From Azolla caroliniana (lineage: Eukaryota > Plantae > Polypodiophyta): 64,000 nucleotides of DNA. Position 1 is the stretch's first letter; each line of letters starts with the position of its first letter. Of this stretch, positions 49,665 through 63,020 are shown piece by piece. The notes under the pieces were generated by a model, which saw only the letters and a program-made list of their open reading frames with translations, made no database searches and was not told the origin of the DNA. A program made the position numbers and the translations under genes. Location: the NCBI GenBank assembly GCA_043228905.1, contig JBHGNT010000010.1, positions 8,618,001 through 8,682,000 of the forward strand. Direction: 5' to 3'.

Positions 49665-50933
49665 GTTGATGTTGATCTTTACTTTAGATGTCTCTTCTAC
49701 TTCCCCATTTCACGTCGGGTTCACCAGATTGTGTCGTGGCGTGGCTCGCCTAGAAGCGTACCATTGCATAGACAAACGATATCGTCAAAGTGAGGAAGGA
49801 ATCATTGGAATCATTTAAAACGAAAACAAGACATATACTTATATACATTATAAGTATAGGCTAAATAGTAAGGTGTGAACGCCATAAGGTGGAGGTTGTT
49901 GGTTCAAATCCTCTTTTGCCCATGTAATTTGTGCATGTATTATATTACATGGTTTAGATTATAAAATACTACTTCAAATCATATATTATTTTGTAAATGA
50001 TTAGTATAGGTTAAATGGTAACCTTTGAGTGTCATAAGGTAGGGTTTATTAGTTCAAGTCCTCTCTTGTCCATGTAATATAATAGATATATTTTATTTTT
50101 GTCTCTACCTATATTGTATAATATTATCATAGTATGTTATTAACATTATAAAGGTTTATTTTATTTTCATTACGTATTTATCTTATTGTAGACTTTTAAT
50201 GTGAAGATTTCATACTTCACAACATCGGCGGCTGCCCGAACCGGGAATAAGTATATCTTGGTGGCTATAGATTACTGCACCAACTGGGTAGGAGCGAAAG
50301 CACTACGCGAAAATACTGCAGCAATCACGGAGAAATTCCTTTACGAACATATCTGGTGTGGTTTTGGCTACCCTATTGAGCTCATCAGTGACCAAGGGAG
50401 TCACTTTCGGAATACGGTCATCAGCGAACTGACCCAACACTACATCGTGGTCCACAAAAAGAGTACGTCATAGTACCCATAGGCAAATGGCTTGGCCGAA
50501 TCCACGAACAAAACATTACAGACTATCCTCAAACAGATAGTCAATGAGAATAAAATAGATTGGGGTACCAAATTGCACAGTGTAGTATGGGCATATCGAA
50601 CCAGCTATAAGACCAACATACAATCCACACCTTTCCGGCCAGCATTTGGGCTGGAGCCCTTAATGCCAGTCGAATTCTAGGTACCCAGGCTGGGGATTCA
50701 AGTACGAGACCGGCTGCTAGAGGAAAAATCCGAACGAATACTGTTAAAACAACGGTTAGATCTAAACGAAACACGGTTACGCAATATGGCCTTATTGGAA
50801 TAGGAACAACGGTAGCGCAAAGCATTCGTGGGCCGACATCAGCATGCGCGTGAAAAGGATTTTACGATCGGGAAAGCGGTATTAGTTTTTCAAACACACA
50901 TGGGGCAAATGCAAGGAAAATTAAGATTCCGCT

Positions 50934-51604
50934 GGAAAGGCCCATACTAGATAGTTGGAGCGGAAAACGACACGTTTCAACTTGGCACCTTGGCCGGAGA
51001 AGTGCTACGAGAAAAGGCAGAAATCAATCTTCTAACCCTCATCGCTCTCATCGTTCTCCTCACTCACCTTCTTGTCCATCATACCATATAGGTCATATTC
51101 GCCATAGCCAGCATACCTCACCCTCTACCCACGAGTCTCACCCACCTACTATGCCGATTCCTATTTCTGCCGCCTTGCGTAGATGGCTTGTCGAAAAGCG
51201 CCTGGATGGATACATCAAAGTCCTCGAGGCACCCGCTCACCATAAAGCCCTGGACATTGCTAGGAAAATCAATATAGGCACGGTCACCAACACATCCATT
51301 CGGAAGAAGCTTGACCTGTCATCGCTTAGAGAAAGACATTTCGACATGCCGCCTGCGGAAACCTTACAGAGATATTTCGGGGCATATTCGGCGTATGCCA
51401 AGGCATACAGGACAAAGGAAATCCCCGACCCCTTCTTTCGTGAAATAGCCAAGTTCTTGTTGGAGGTCGGATGCGTGCATGTAAATGCCTATGGGATGCC
51501 AAAGCCGAAGGCAGGAATCATCATTGATACCTTCGAAGGGCGCGCGGTCGATTGGGGGGTCATTACGGGACCAACGTTACGGGAAGGCTTGCACGCGTAT
51601 CAAG
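50934..51604 (+). repeat. 671-bp direct duplication (second copy 56939-57609)
   Basis: Near-identical; 3 differences seen by eye. Confidence 0.9.
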
Positions 51605-54600
51605 TGTATGAGAACCTGTTTGCGTACTCGGAAAACAACACAGAAAGGGAGGAAGGTGGAGACTTGATACAACGTGGATCATTACCCTTTACAATGTTAG
51701 GTTATTGCTTATATACTAAGCCCTAACTATGTGGACGAGTTCACACTCGGACAAATACAAATTGGAAGGAGTCGGCCTTTTATGCCAACAAACTCCCCCG
51801 TAAAAGGACTACTCTTTCTTGCGTATACAAATGTTTGGGGTTATCTCCCCTTTAAATCTAGATTACAAGATTATCCTAAATTTACATTACAAGTTAGTCG
51901 GCATGCGACCGAGTCGGCAGAGGTATAGTAAGTGTAGATATAGTTGTTCTGATTAGTTCTTACCTATTGTCCCTCATTTGGCTTTCTTCTGCTCGGTCGC
52001 TTGTCGTAGTCCCATCTTTGTCCTTAGTGCTCCGAAACGTAGATTTGGGAGTGGCTTCATCAGGCAATCAATGATGTTCACCTTGATGTAGATTTTCCGA
52101 ACTTCGAGCTTCTTCTCGGTTATGAGCTCCCAAATGTGATGATACCACACCTCAATATGCTTCGTCTTTGTGTGGTAGACGGGATTGTTGATGAGGTGTA
52201 TTGCGCTCTGTGAGTCGCAATGGATGGTTGGCGGTAGTCGGTCGTTTCTGCTTGTATCCGAGAAGTCAACAGACAATCGGTGCAACCAGATCGCTTCCTT
52301 TGCTGCTTCCGATGCCGCTATGTACTCGGCTTCTGTGTAGACAGAGCCGTGCAGTCTTGAAGTTTCGATCTCCATGATATTGCACCACCTCCATAGGTGA
52401 AGATGAAGCCTAATGTCGATTTCCAATTATCTGTATTTCTAGCATAGTCGGAATCGGTGTAGCCTTAAACTTCAATTGAGGTTGTCAAACTGAAAGTCAC
52501 TTGTGTATCTTCAGTCCCTCTCAGATACCTAAAGATGTGCTTGACGGCCTCCCAATGCTTCCATCCTAGGTTTGGCAAGTACCGGCTGACCACCCCTATG
52601 GCATAGGCTAGGTCAGGTCAGGTCGCCACCATTGCGTACATGATACTTCCAATGGTCGATGCGTAGGGCATCTTTCCATTAAGCTCTCTCTCCTTGTTCG
52701 TTGAAGGAGAGTCTTTGTCCGATAGTCGGATTGACGTCGGAAGCGGTGTTGGTGTTGGATTTACATTCTCCATATTGAAGCACTTCAACACCTTCCGAAT
52801 ATAGTCGGACTGGGAGAGTCAGAGAGTCTTGGTCATCCGATTTCGCTCGATCCTCATGCCCAATATGTGACGGGCTTGTCCGAGTTCCTTCATTGCAAAC
52901 TTGTCGTGAAGGCTTCGCTTCAGCTTTCCGATCTCTGCTTGATTGCTTCTTGCAATCAACATGTCGTTGATGTATAGGATAAGATAAATCCTTGACTCGT
53001 CAGCCAGTTGCCGAATATACATGCATGGGTCGGAGTCAGATCGGCGGTATCCAAGCTGCTTGATGTAGGAGTGAAACTTCTGCTACCACATCCTCGACGC
53101 TTGTTTCAAGCCATATAGACTTTTCTTTAACCAACATAATAGGTGATTGTCCTCCCCCGTTGTCGTGAAGCTTGTCGGTTGAGACATGTAGATGTCTTCT
53201 TTCAGATCTCCATGTAGGAATGTCGTCTTTACATCCAACTGCTCTAGCTCTAGGTCTTCTGTCGCCACAACTCCTAGTAAGAGTTGGAGGGTGGTCCTCT
53301 TGACTACTGGTGAGAATATCTCGTCGTAGTCAACCCCGTATTCTTGTTTGAATCCCTTTACGACGAGCCGAGCTTTGTACTTGGGTTATTCGAAGTCGGA
53401 TACGTACTTGTATCGAAAAACCAATTTGTAGGGTAGCAGCTTCCTTCCAGCTAGTAGTTCAACTAGCTCCCATGTCCGATTCTTGTGAATCGAGTCCATT
53501 TCAGATTTCATGGCTTGTATAGCCATGTGTTGGTGTCCGTTGCGGCCATAGCTTCTTCATAAGTGCTTGGTTCGCCGACATCGGTGTAGTTGACATAGTC
53601 GAGGCCCGGTTGAAAAAACTCTGTTGGCCTTCGAGCTTGTCTAGATCTCTTGGGTGCCGAGATAAGTGGTTCGGATTCTTCAATCGACTCCGTTGGGAGA
53701 TCAGTATTTGTTGAACCATTTGTGTCAAGAGTCTTGTTAGGTGACCCGCCCCCAAGTCGGGATTTCGGTGGTGTCACATTGTCCTCCCTTATGGACTTTG
53801 TCAACTCGGTTCTGTTTCCTACTCGCATCTTGTTGACTTTGCCTACTTCGACTCTTGTCGAATCGGCTTTGTCGTTGATGGCTTTGTCTTCGAGTTCAAC
53901 TAGTGGACTTCCTACCAATTCGGAGTCGGCTTGTTCGAGTTTGACTGTTTGTCGAATCTCTAAGTTGGCCCGGTGGGTCAGTCCTTCTACGACATCACTG
54001 TCATCTTGGAAGGATACCTTTTTACCAACTATTTTCTGTTGGTTCCGCTGAGAGAAGATAGAATCTTCATTGAAGACTACGTCACTGCTCCTGATCAGTT
54101 TCTGGTTCTCAGGGTCCCATAGCTGGTAGCCAAAGTCCCCATTGGTTCCATAATCGAGAAATATGCATTTTGTTGCATGGGGTGCCAATTTTGTCCTTTT
54201 ATCCCTAGGGATGAACGCGTAGGCTTCACATCCGAATATACAAAGCCTATCGTAGGTCGGTTGTTTGCCTAACCATAGTGCCTGTGACACTTCGAGCCTA
54301 ATTGTTCTTGACGGCGCCAGATTTATCAGGTATACTACCATCTGCAATGCTTTTGCCCAGAAGTCCAGCTTCAGTCTGGCTTGCTGAAGCATTGTCATCA
54401 CCCTTTCCTGGATCATTCTGTTGATCCATTCTGCCACTCCATTTTGCATGGGTGTGTAGGGAACGGTCTTTTGATGTCGGATCCCTTTGTTGGACAAGTA
54501 CTATTTGAAGGCTCTAGAGATGTACTCACCTCCATTGTCGGATCTAAGTGTCTTCACTTTGTGTTCCGACCGGTTCTCCACTTCAGATATCCATCGCGTG

Positions 54601-55758
54601 AAGACCTCGAGCGCTTCGTCTTTGGACCTGATCGAGTAGGCCCAAACCTTCCATGTATAGTCATCTACAAAGGTGATGAAGTACCGGGAGCCTCCTAGTG
54701 ATCGCTTTGACATGGGCCCACATATATCTGTGTGCTCGAGCTCTAGGGGCAATTGTACCGTATCGTAGTGGAGGGTGTGTGGACTTCGAGTCTGTTTCCC
54801 GTATCGACAATGCTCGTAGAAATCCGTCTTCGATTGGAGTTTCGGGATGTAGCCTACCGCCATCAACCGATCAAGTTTGGCTTGAGACATGTGACCGAGT
54901 CGGCCATGCCATAAGTTTGGGCCGGTCTTTTCGGCTAAGTTCACGGCTCCTTCTGGATTGATCACCATTAATGGGTATAGGTTGTTGTACTTGTGCCCGC
55001 TTCCTATCTTCAAGTTTCATTGGTTGATCATCCATACCAACTCACTTAGAGTCGTTTTGTACCCATCTTCGGCTAGCAAGCCGATGGAGATCAGACTCCT
55101 TTTCAGATCAGGTACATGCCGAACTCAATGCAAGGTTATTGTGTTGCCATTTGGCAATCGGATGGGAACCTCTCTGGTCCTTGCAATTCTGCACTCCTGC
55201 TCGTTGCCTAGATAGACTGTGCCGTTGGTGTCGACTGAATAGTCCGAAAACCATTCAATGTTGGGGGTCACATGGAATGTGGCACCGGAATCCAGTAGCC
55301 ACGTGTGTGCATCTTGTGCAATGTAGAGGACTTCTCCGATCACTGAATACTCTAAGGAGAGAACTTCTCTTGATCGAGAGTCGACAACATTGATTTGGTT
55401 GCCGACTGGAGAGTGGTCTGAGTTGGGTCTATCTAGATTTCGCTCGGATCGGCGACCATTCTCTTTCCTCTTGATTGACCAGAAGTCGAAAACATTGTGG
55501 CCAACTTTTTTGCAGTGTGTGTAGAATTCGCCTGATCAGCCCGTTCTTGACTTTGACCGCTGTCGGTCTCCCCTCGTTTTTGATCGGTTGTTATTCCGAC
55601 AAGTTTTGTCGGCTTGTTCTCTCATACAACTCTATCGATCGAGTGATGGGCTTCTGCTGATTCATCGATAGTAATTCCCATCAATTTTCGCTGAATGTCC
55701 TCGGTGAGGGCTTGGCCGATTGTCTCATCCAGATTTAGGATCAGTCGACTATTGGCAT
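51605..55758 (-). mobile_element. Ty1/Copia element, 5'-truncated and degenerate
   Basis: Zinc knuckle ~55490-55520; WLLDSGATFH; LWHGRLGH; LRSDNGGEY; PYTPMQNGVAE; QLDVKTTFLHG; TKHIEV; PPT GGGGGAG 51791-51799; LTR 51605-51790. Confidence 0.9.
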
Positions 55759-56938
55759 TGTCGTGAAAATCCGTCACTATGTATGGATTGTGAGGTGGAA
55801 CCGCCGGGGTTATGGACGGGAAGGAAATAGGGCGCACATGCACAACACAAGGCACAAGTATTCGAACATGTTTGTGAAACGAAGAGTGCATGGGCAAGCC
55901 CGAATCAACCCCTAGTCACAAGGCGAACGAATGCACGTGAGGAAGGTTTACACATGGACACACAAAGAAAAGGTTTACTTACACACACGAGAGACAAAGT
56001 TTCGAATGCATTTGTGAAAAGAGAGGTGCATGGGCAAGCCCGAACGCTCCCTTGTTACAAGACACGCGAACACACAAGGAAAAGGCTTACTTACACACAC
56101 GAGAGACAGAGTTTCGAATGGCTTTGTGAAAAGAGAGGTGCATGGGCAAGCCCAAACGCTCCCTTGTTACAAGACACGCGAACACACAAGCAAGGTTTAC
56201 ACATGGGAGACACAATTTCGAACGCCTTTGTGAAAGGAGAGGTGCATGAGCAAGCCCGAACACTCTCTTGCCACAAGTCGCACGAACACACGAACAAGAT
56301 TTACACTAACACACAAGACACGATTTCAAACGCCTTTGTGAAAGGAGAGGTGCATGGACAAGCCCGAACGCTCCCTTGCCACAAGTCGCACGAACACACA
56401 AGCAAGATTTACACTAACACGCAAGACACGAAAGTTTGGATGCCTTTGTGAAAGGAGAGGTGCATGGGCAAGCCCGAAACACTCCCCTTTCACAAGACAC
56501 AAACAAATAAGCACAAATGACAATAACATATAAGACACGTAGGTTTGAATGCCTTTGTGAAAGGAGAGGTGCATGGGCAAGCCCGAACTGCTCCCTTTTC
56601 ACAAGACACACAACAGATAAGCACAAATGACGATAACAAATAAGCACAATCAAGATTTACACATAAGACAAGTAGATGAAAGAAAACATTAATTTATATC
56701 AATATAATAGATTCTTTTATAATATAAGAATCATGTTACAATGGGTTGGATGTGAATATGAAGGATTGTTTATAAATGAATGGGGGAAGAGAGGTGGAGG
56801 AAAGAAGAGAGTGGAGTATGCACAATCAAGATTTACACATAAGACAAGTAGATGAAAGAAAACATTAGTTTATATCAATATAATAGATTCTTTTATAATA
56901 TAAGAATCATGTTACAATGGGTTGGATGTGAATATGAA
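55759..56938 (-). mobile_element. Truncated LTR (end shared with the 35300 LTR) with an 80-95 bp tandem array
   Basis: TGTCGTGAAAATCCGTCACTA..GGAACCGCCGGGG; repeats of TTTGTGAAAGGAGAGGTGCATGGGCAAGCCCGAAC at 55870-56600; 120-bp duplication at 56645/56820. Confidence 0.75.
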
Positions 56939-57156
56939 GGAAAGGCCCATACTAGATAGTTGGAGCGGAAAACGACACGTTTCAACTTGGCACCTTGGCC
57001 GGAGAAGTGCTACGAGAAAAGGCAGAAATCAATCTTCTAACCCTCATCGCTCTCATCGTTCTCCTCACTCACCTTCTTGTCCATCATACCATATAGGTCA
57101 TATTCGCCATAGCCAGCATACCTCACCCTCTACCCACGAGTCTCACCCACCTACTA

Positions 57157-59411
57157 TGTCGATTCCTATTTCTGCCGCCTTGCGTAGATGGCTTGTCGAA
57201 AAGCGCCTGGATGGATACATCAAAGTCCTCGAGGCACCCGCTCACCATAAAGCCCTGGACATTGCTAGGAAAATCAATATAGGCACGGTCACCAACACAT
57301 CCATTCGGAAGAAGCTTGACCTGTCATCGCTTAGAGAAAGACATTTCGACATCCCGCCTGCGGAAACCTTACAGAGATATTTCGGGGCATATTCGGCGTA
57401 TGCCAAGGCATACAGGACAAAGGAAATCCCCGACCCCTTCTTTCGTGAAATAGCCAAGTTCTTGTTGGAGGTCGGATGCGTGCATGTAAATGCCTATGGG
57501 ATGCCAAAGCCGAAGGCAGGAATCATCATTGATACCTTCGAAGGGCGCGCGGTCGATTGGGGGGTCATTACGGGACCAACATTACGGGAAGGCTTGCACG
57601 CGTATCAAGGCGGAAAAAAGCTAAGGCCAATCATACAATAGTATTTGACGATACTATTCCCACCCCGAGGTCTGCCCACACCACAGCCCAGTAAACCCAC
57701 GCCACTGCCACGATCCGCGAAACGGAGGTTAGCGGAGTTGGCCACCACGGAATGGGAGGATGAACCCGAATCGGCCCAACCCAGCACGCGGACAACACAG
57801 GAAGAACGGCCAAAGCGCAGGGAGGAAGCTCCGCAGAAGCAGGAAGCCAAGTGAAGCCAAGGAAACTCGAGGCCAAAATGGCGAAGGCTGGACAGGAAAG
57901 ATGGGTGCGAATTGGTTAAAGACACACTCACGGCCACAGAGACGACCGCCATGGTCGATAGTTCCGTAGCTATGGATCCCAACAGCACTTTCGAAATAAT
58001 CTGGGAACCACGGCCGATCATTACGGCCCACTCACAACGGGGCAAAGGCGTATTTACGGAAGAAAGCGATGTCCTGAAGTATCCGGACATTCTGGACACA
58101 ACCCATGAGTTCGGCGCACTATTACAGTTCGGAACTACTTACGAACTCATGGAATTTTTGGCGATGCAACAAATAAAAGTCTCACAATGAATGGCCGAGG
58201 ATCACGCGGAACAACAAATGATTGAGCACGCGCTAACACAAACGGCGGAAAGCGATGATGAGGGGCCGCTAGCCAGAGTAGGCAGACAGCGGAATGTCAG
58301 TATACGCCAAATGGGAATTGAACTACCCCCATTAAACGCAGCCCTCATCGAGTTTCATAGGGAACTGGCTCAAGTCAGTATTGGCCCCAAAGATATGACG
58401 ATTAAAAACAAAAATGTTTGGAAAACGGTTAAACAGACCCAAGCTAAGCTACAAAAGGCCAACGAACGCATCACAGAGTTGGAACGGAACGCAACTACGG
58501 CACAACAAGAATCTCGACCAACAGACAAAACTGTCGAGGCCCAGACCCTAAGAGATGAGGTTGAAGCCCAGACTGCCATCACCTCAAAAGTAAAGAGGGC
58601 CATGCAGTTGGTGGAATCCAAGATTGACCTCCTCCACTCCGAACTCCGCCATTCCTCCGACAGAGAAAAGGACATCCAGGCCAAAGGCCGAAAGGCAGTG
58701 AAGGACCTCGAAGAGAAACTCAAAGCGGAGGCAGCCGCGCACACCCGCACGAAAGAAGAAAACACCAAACTATGGGAGGAACCGTAAAAATCAGAAACGG
58801 CGATCATAGGACTCCGGGCATTATTGGAAAAGAAGAAATCCTGGTACGACGAGCTGCTCGTATGGGAACAGGAGGTGAGGCATTAGGTCAAAATCCACCT
58901 GAACAATGAAATGGGAAAGCTGGAGGAATTACACTTGAAGGAATCTCAGTTATGGGTAGGAATGAAGAGCAATTATGAGGAAGTGGCGGCGGTCAATAAG
59001 CAAGAAATCGAAAACCTCAAGAAAACCCTGGAAGAAGTGCGTAACCGCTGCCAAGTAATAGCCGACAACATGCGCATACTTCTTCAAACAAATCGGGAGA
59101 GGTTTACAGCGCAATTACAAGCGGCACCAAACAAAGGCTGGAGGGTGTGGGCTGCACAAGCGGTGGAGTTGCATACAGAAATAACTATGGTAGGCAGCAC
59201 GGGACAACGAGCGGAGCCCATCGCGATACCGGAAAGTGAGACCGCGGAACAGGAGGAACCTCAGCCCCATTCACCGGAGCATACGACTACGACCGGCAAC
59301 ATGGAGGAAGTTACGGATAAGACCGAGCCTCAACCTATCGAGAGCCCACAGACAGATGAGCCAGCCACAGTAGAACGGGATGAGCCAGCAAAGCTCGGAC
59401 CGCCCACATAG
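57157..59411 (+). pseudogene. Retrotransposon extra ORF (conserved N-terminal domain plus coiled coil)
   Basis: MSIPISAALRRWLVEKRLDGY..YFGAYS..FREIA..AGIII.TFEG..VDW is homologous to the ORF at 39355-40050; interrupted by stops. Confidence 0.75.
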
Positions 59412-59589
59412 GGAGACGTTGACACCATGGGAAGCCCCACCGAGCAAGTACAAGACATGGAACCGCGCAACGACGCGCCTGGGAGCACTACGTCGTCCCC
59501 GAACCAGGACATCGGGGCGGAACCAAACATACAGGTCATTTTGGAGAAAGAATAAAGGCGTGGTTCCGACGTGCCATGGCACTATACCA

Positions 59590-61730
59590 TTTACACTTCC
59601 TCACCGCCACCTTCTGTCTCTTGGGCCTCACGTTTGCTTTCTGACGCATCTGCCCAAGTCTCTAGAACAAGTGTGGAGAAAATCTTGACACGGCCATCTG
59701 CCATTGACTGGTCTTTAGCCACTTCTAACTCAATATCGTTTCTTGTGGCTACCTCCTCAATCATGTTGACCTCACACTTTTTATCTCCCTATCTTCTCAA
59801 ACTTTATTTTCACATAACTTGATATGTATTTCTCCATTTTGTATACAGTAAAATACGTTTTGAAGCTCTTGAGTATATCCATCTTTCGAAAGCACTGTGT
59901 GCACACTTTGCTCATGTTAGCAGCTTCATCACTTGATGTTTCAGACACGATGCGTGTTCCGAAACATTTTCCCTTACTTGAAGTGGCATTCGCCACCCTC
60001 GATTCATTTGTTTCATTCTTCGCCATTGTTTCTTTGCAAGACGAGAAGGCGTCTTGTTCCACATCTTTCGAAAGCGTTGTGTGCAAGCTTTGCTCATGTT
60101 AGCAGCTTCATCACTTGATGTTTCAGACACGATGCGTGTTCCGAAACATTTTCCCTTACTTGAAGTGGCATTCGCCACCCTCGATTCATTTGTTTCATTC
60201 TTCACCATTGTTTCTTTGCAAGACGAGAAGGCGTCTTGTTCCACATCTTCTCCCGTGCTTACATCGTGGTACCGAACCTGGGCCTTTGTATCAACCGTAA
60301 CATTAATCCGCATTTTTTGTGAGGCGTTTATATTTTTAACAATTAACGGAAAGAAGAAATTTAATAATTTTCATTAACAAAGGAAAAAGAAATTATAATA
60401 TGTCCCAAGATTGGGATTTAGAAGTTTTAGGTTTATTAAGATTAATAGAAAAGAAAAATTAGGGGTTTTGAGAGATATGGCTTCTGTAGGGAAGATTAGG
60501 ATTAGGTTATATGAGTATTATGGCTTCCGTAGGGAATTTTAGGGTTTATGGGAGTTATGGCTTCCCTAAGATAAGGAAGTTGAGAAGGAAAAGAAAAATA
60601 ATATATGGAGAGAGCCTCCAAGTATAGGAAAAAAATGGAATATATATGGTGTTCCCCGTTGATCATATGCATGTCTACTTTTTGTTGCATGGCCTCTACT
60701 TTTAGTTGCATAGCTTCTTCTTTTAGTTGCATGGCTTTTTCTTTTAGTTGCATGCGACTGTCCACATCACCTTTACTTTTTGCATGCACTCCAACTTTAG
60801 TTGCTTGCGTCCACATGACCTTTACTTTAGTTCTCTTCACTTTACTTTAGTTTGTTGCATGATCCAATCTTCCGTCTGTCCGCGTCCAACCTCGTCTGGT
60901 AGCCGGTTCCACCCGATCGCCGAATCCCTCGCCGGTCGGTTCCATTTTGCTTGTCGGCCGGTTCCGGTTCCGATTTTGCTTGCCGACCGGTTCCGGTTTG
61001 CTTGCCGGTTCCGGTTCCGGTTTTGCTTGCCGCCCGGTTCCGGTTTTGCTTGTCAGCCGGTTCCGATTCCGGTTTTGCTTATTGGCCGATTTCCGGTTTG
61101 CATACCAATTCCGATTCCGGTTTTGCTTACTGGCCGGTTTCTGGTTTGCATACCGGTTCCAATTCCAATTTTGCTTATCGGCTAGTTCCGGTTTTGCTTG
61201 CCGGCCGGTTCCGGTTTTGCTAACCGGCCGGTTTCCGGTTTGCATATCGGCCAATTTCCAATACCGGTTTGCTTGCCGGTTCTGATTCCGGTTTTGTTTA
61301 CTGGTCTATTTCCGGTTTGCATACCGGCCAGTTTCTAGATTTGCTTACCGGACCGGTTTCCGGATTTGCTTACCGGCCGGTTTCCGGATTTGTTTACTGG
61401 CCGCCGGTTTCCGGTTTTAGGGAATTTGGCCACCATCATCCATCAAGACAAAGTGGCCAAAGTGCTTTTAGCACAAATGAAAAATCAGGGAGCTCAAGGT
61501 GCTTATATAGCCAGGGCCTTAACTTTCCTATCTATGTGGGATAGTTCTAATTTCCCTATCTTCTCAAACTTTATTTTCACATAACTTGATATGTATTTCT
61601 CCATTTTGTATACAGTAAAATACGTTTTGAAGCTCTTGAGTATATCCATCTTTCTATAGTAAGCTACTAATCTAATCTATAATAATTATTTCATTATATT
61701 TTTACATAGTGTGTGAAGATTCACACGACA
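59590..61730 (-). mobile_element. Fragment of the gag-only family (internal region plus LTR with CCGGTTTTGC array)
   Basis: 59590-60290 is homologous to 30420-30820 with a ~180-bp tandem duplication; LTR ~60330-61730 ends CACACGACA like 29023. Confidence 0.8.
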
Positions 61731-62343
61731 GCTTGTAATTTGGGTGCACACAGCGCTTTCGTAATAAAATATTATCTTCTCTAAGTTCTATGCATATCTC
61801 TGGTTTGTTCTCTACTACGCTCTTGAGTATATCCATCTTTCGAAAGCGCTCTTGAGTATATCCATCTAAGTTCTCTACTGTGTTCTTTGTTCTCTATTGC
61901 GTATTGTTAATCGTAAGGGTGTAGGCGTGAGTGCGGATACTAGTGCACTTCCCAAGGCATTCAGTTGTAGCCATCTCCCTTATACGCTGCTAGGATACGA
62001 GGGAGTATCCCATTACGTATTACAGTGCGACGGTACCATTCCTTGCAACATAGTCACCTTGAAGTCTACGTCGAAGGACTGACCGTAGACGGTGTTCCTA
62101 ATCGATAACACTCAATATAGGTGGACATATACAGACTCGCAAGTTGCAAGGATAGATCAGTTCCAAGAGCGTCAGATTGAATATCTGAATATCATTGTTC
62201 GATACACCTTCATGTTTAAGGGGTAGTGGATGAGACTAGATATCTAAACGTAATGTTGATCTCTAGTTGATCGGTCAACTTTAATAGACAGTTATTCGAG
62301 AATTTTGTTTATGAACCATAAAGACAGTATTTGATGGGAAGTT

Positions 62344-62416
62344 GCGGGGAAAAATCAGTTGGAAGAGCGTCAGACTGAAGATCTGAAGGTCACGTGTTTG
62401 ATCCACGTTCACCGCA
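62344..62416 (+). pseudogene. tRNA-Phe(GAA) pseudogene
   Basis: A box and B box mutated. Confidence 0.8.
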
Positions 62417-62947
62417 AAAGGTAACAAACACTTTTGAGAGACATATTTGAATGCATTATTTGGCAAGAATTCTTCGAATGAAATGAACATATAAACATCA
62501 TGTTAATGTCGACAAGTCTTGTTCTTTTCGGTGACAATATGGTCATATTTCATGCTAATTCCATCTTGAGAGAAATGTTTAAGGGGGAGTCAATGAGACG
62601 AGATGTTCAACGTTAATTGAATTAATCAACTGCAAAACCACAACTAAACGTAATCCTAATCTCTACATGATCGCGAAACTTTAATGCACACTCATTCGAG
62701 ATTTTTGTTTATTAACACCAAATAGGTGGAAATATACACACTCGCAAGTTCCAAGGATAGATCATTTGCGAGAGCCTCAGATTGAATATATGAATATCAT
62801 AGTTCAATACATGTTCATGTTTAAGGGGGAGTGGATGAGATAAGATATCTAAACATAATGTTGATCTCTAGTTCATCACTCAACTTTAATCCACAATTAT
62901 TCGGGGAATTTTGTTTATGAACAATATAGACAGTATTATGGGAAGTT

Positions 62948-62960
62948 GCGGAGATAGCGT

Positions 62961-62995
<35 letters not shown>

Positions 62996-63020
62996 ACGTG
63001 TTTGATCCACGTTCACCGCA
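62948..63020 (+). pseudogene. tRNA-Phe(GAA) pseudogene
   Basis: D-stem and B-box substitutions. Confidence 0.8.

Larger units (their letters stand above)
43907..50224 (-). mobile_element. Ty3/Gypsy element with near-complete gag-pol, related to the 6000 element
   Basis: 5' LTR 49732-50224; exact Trp PBS at 49709-49726; PPT ~44000-44010; 3' LTR remnant 43907-43999. Confidence 0.92.
27161..62110 (+). mobile_element. Outer non-chromovirus (Athila/Tat-like) Gypsy element hosting a ~35 kb nest
   Basis: LTR remnant 27161-27211 matches 62008-62058; gag 27212-27665 and 32023-32640 (CFVCQQPGHYATQC); PR-RT-RH ~33000-35100; INT ~35200-35299, 36554-36635 and 50225-51015; extra ORF 57157-59411; 3' LTR ends GATAACA at 62110. 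Deletion junctions make the single-element reading an inference. Confidence 0.7.
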
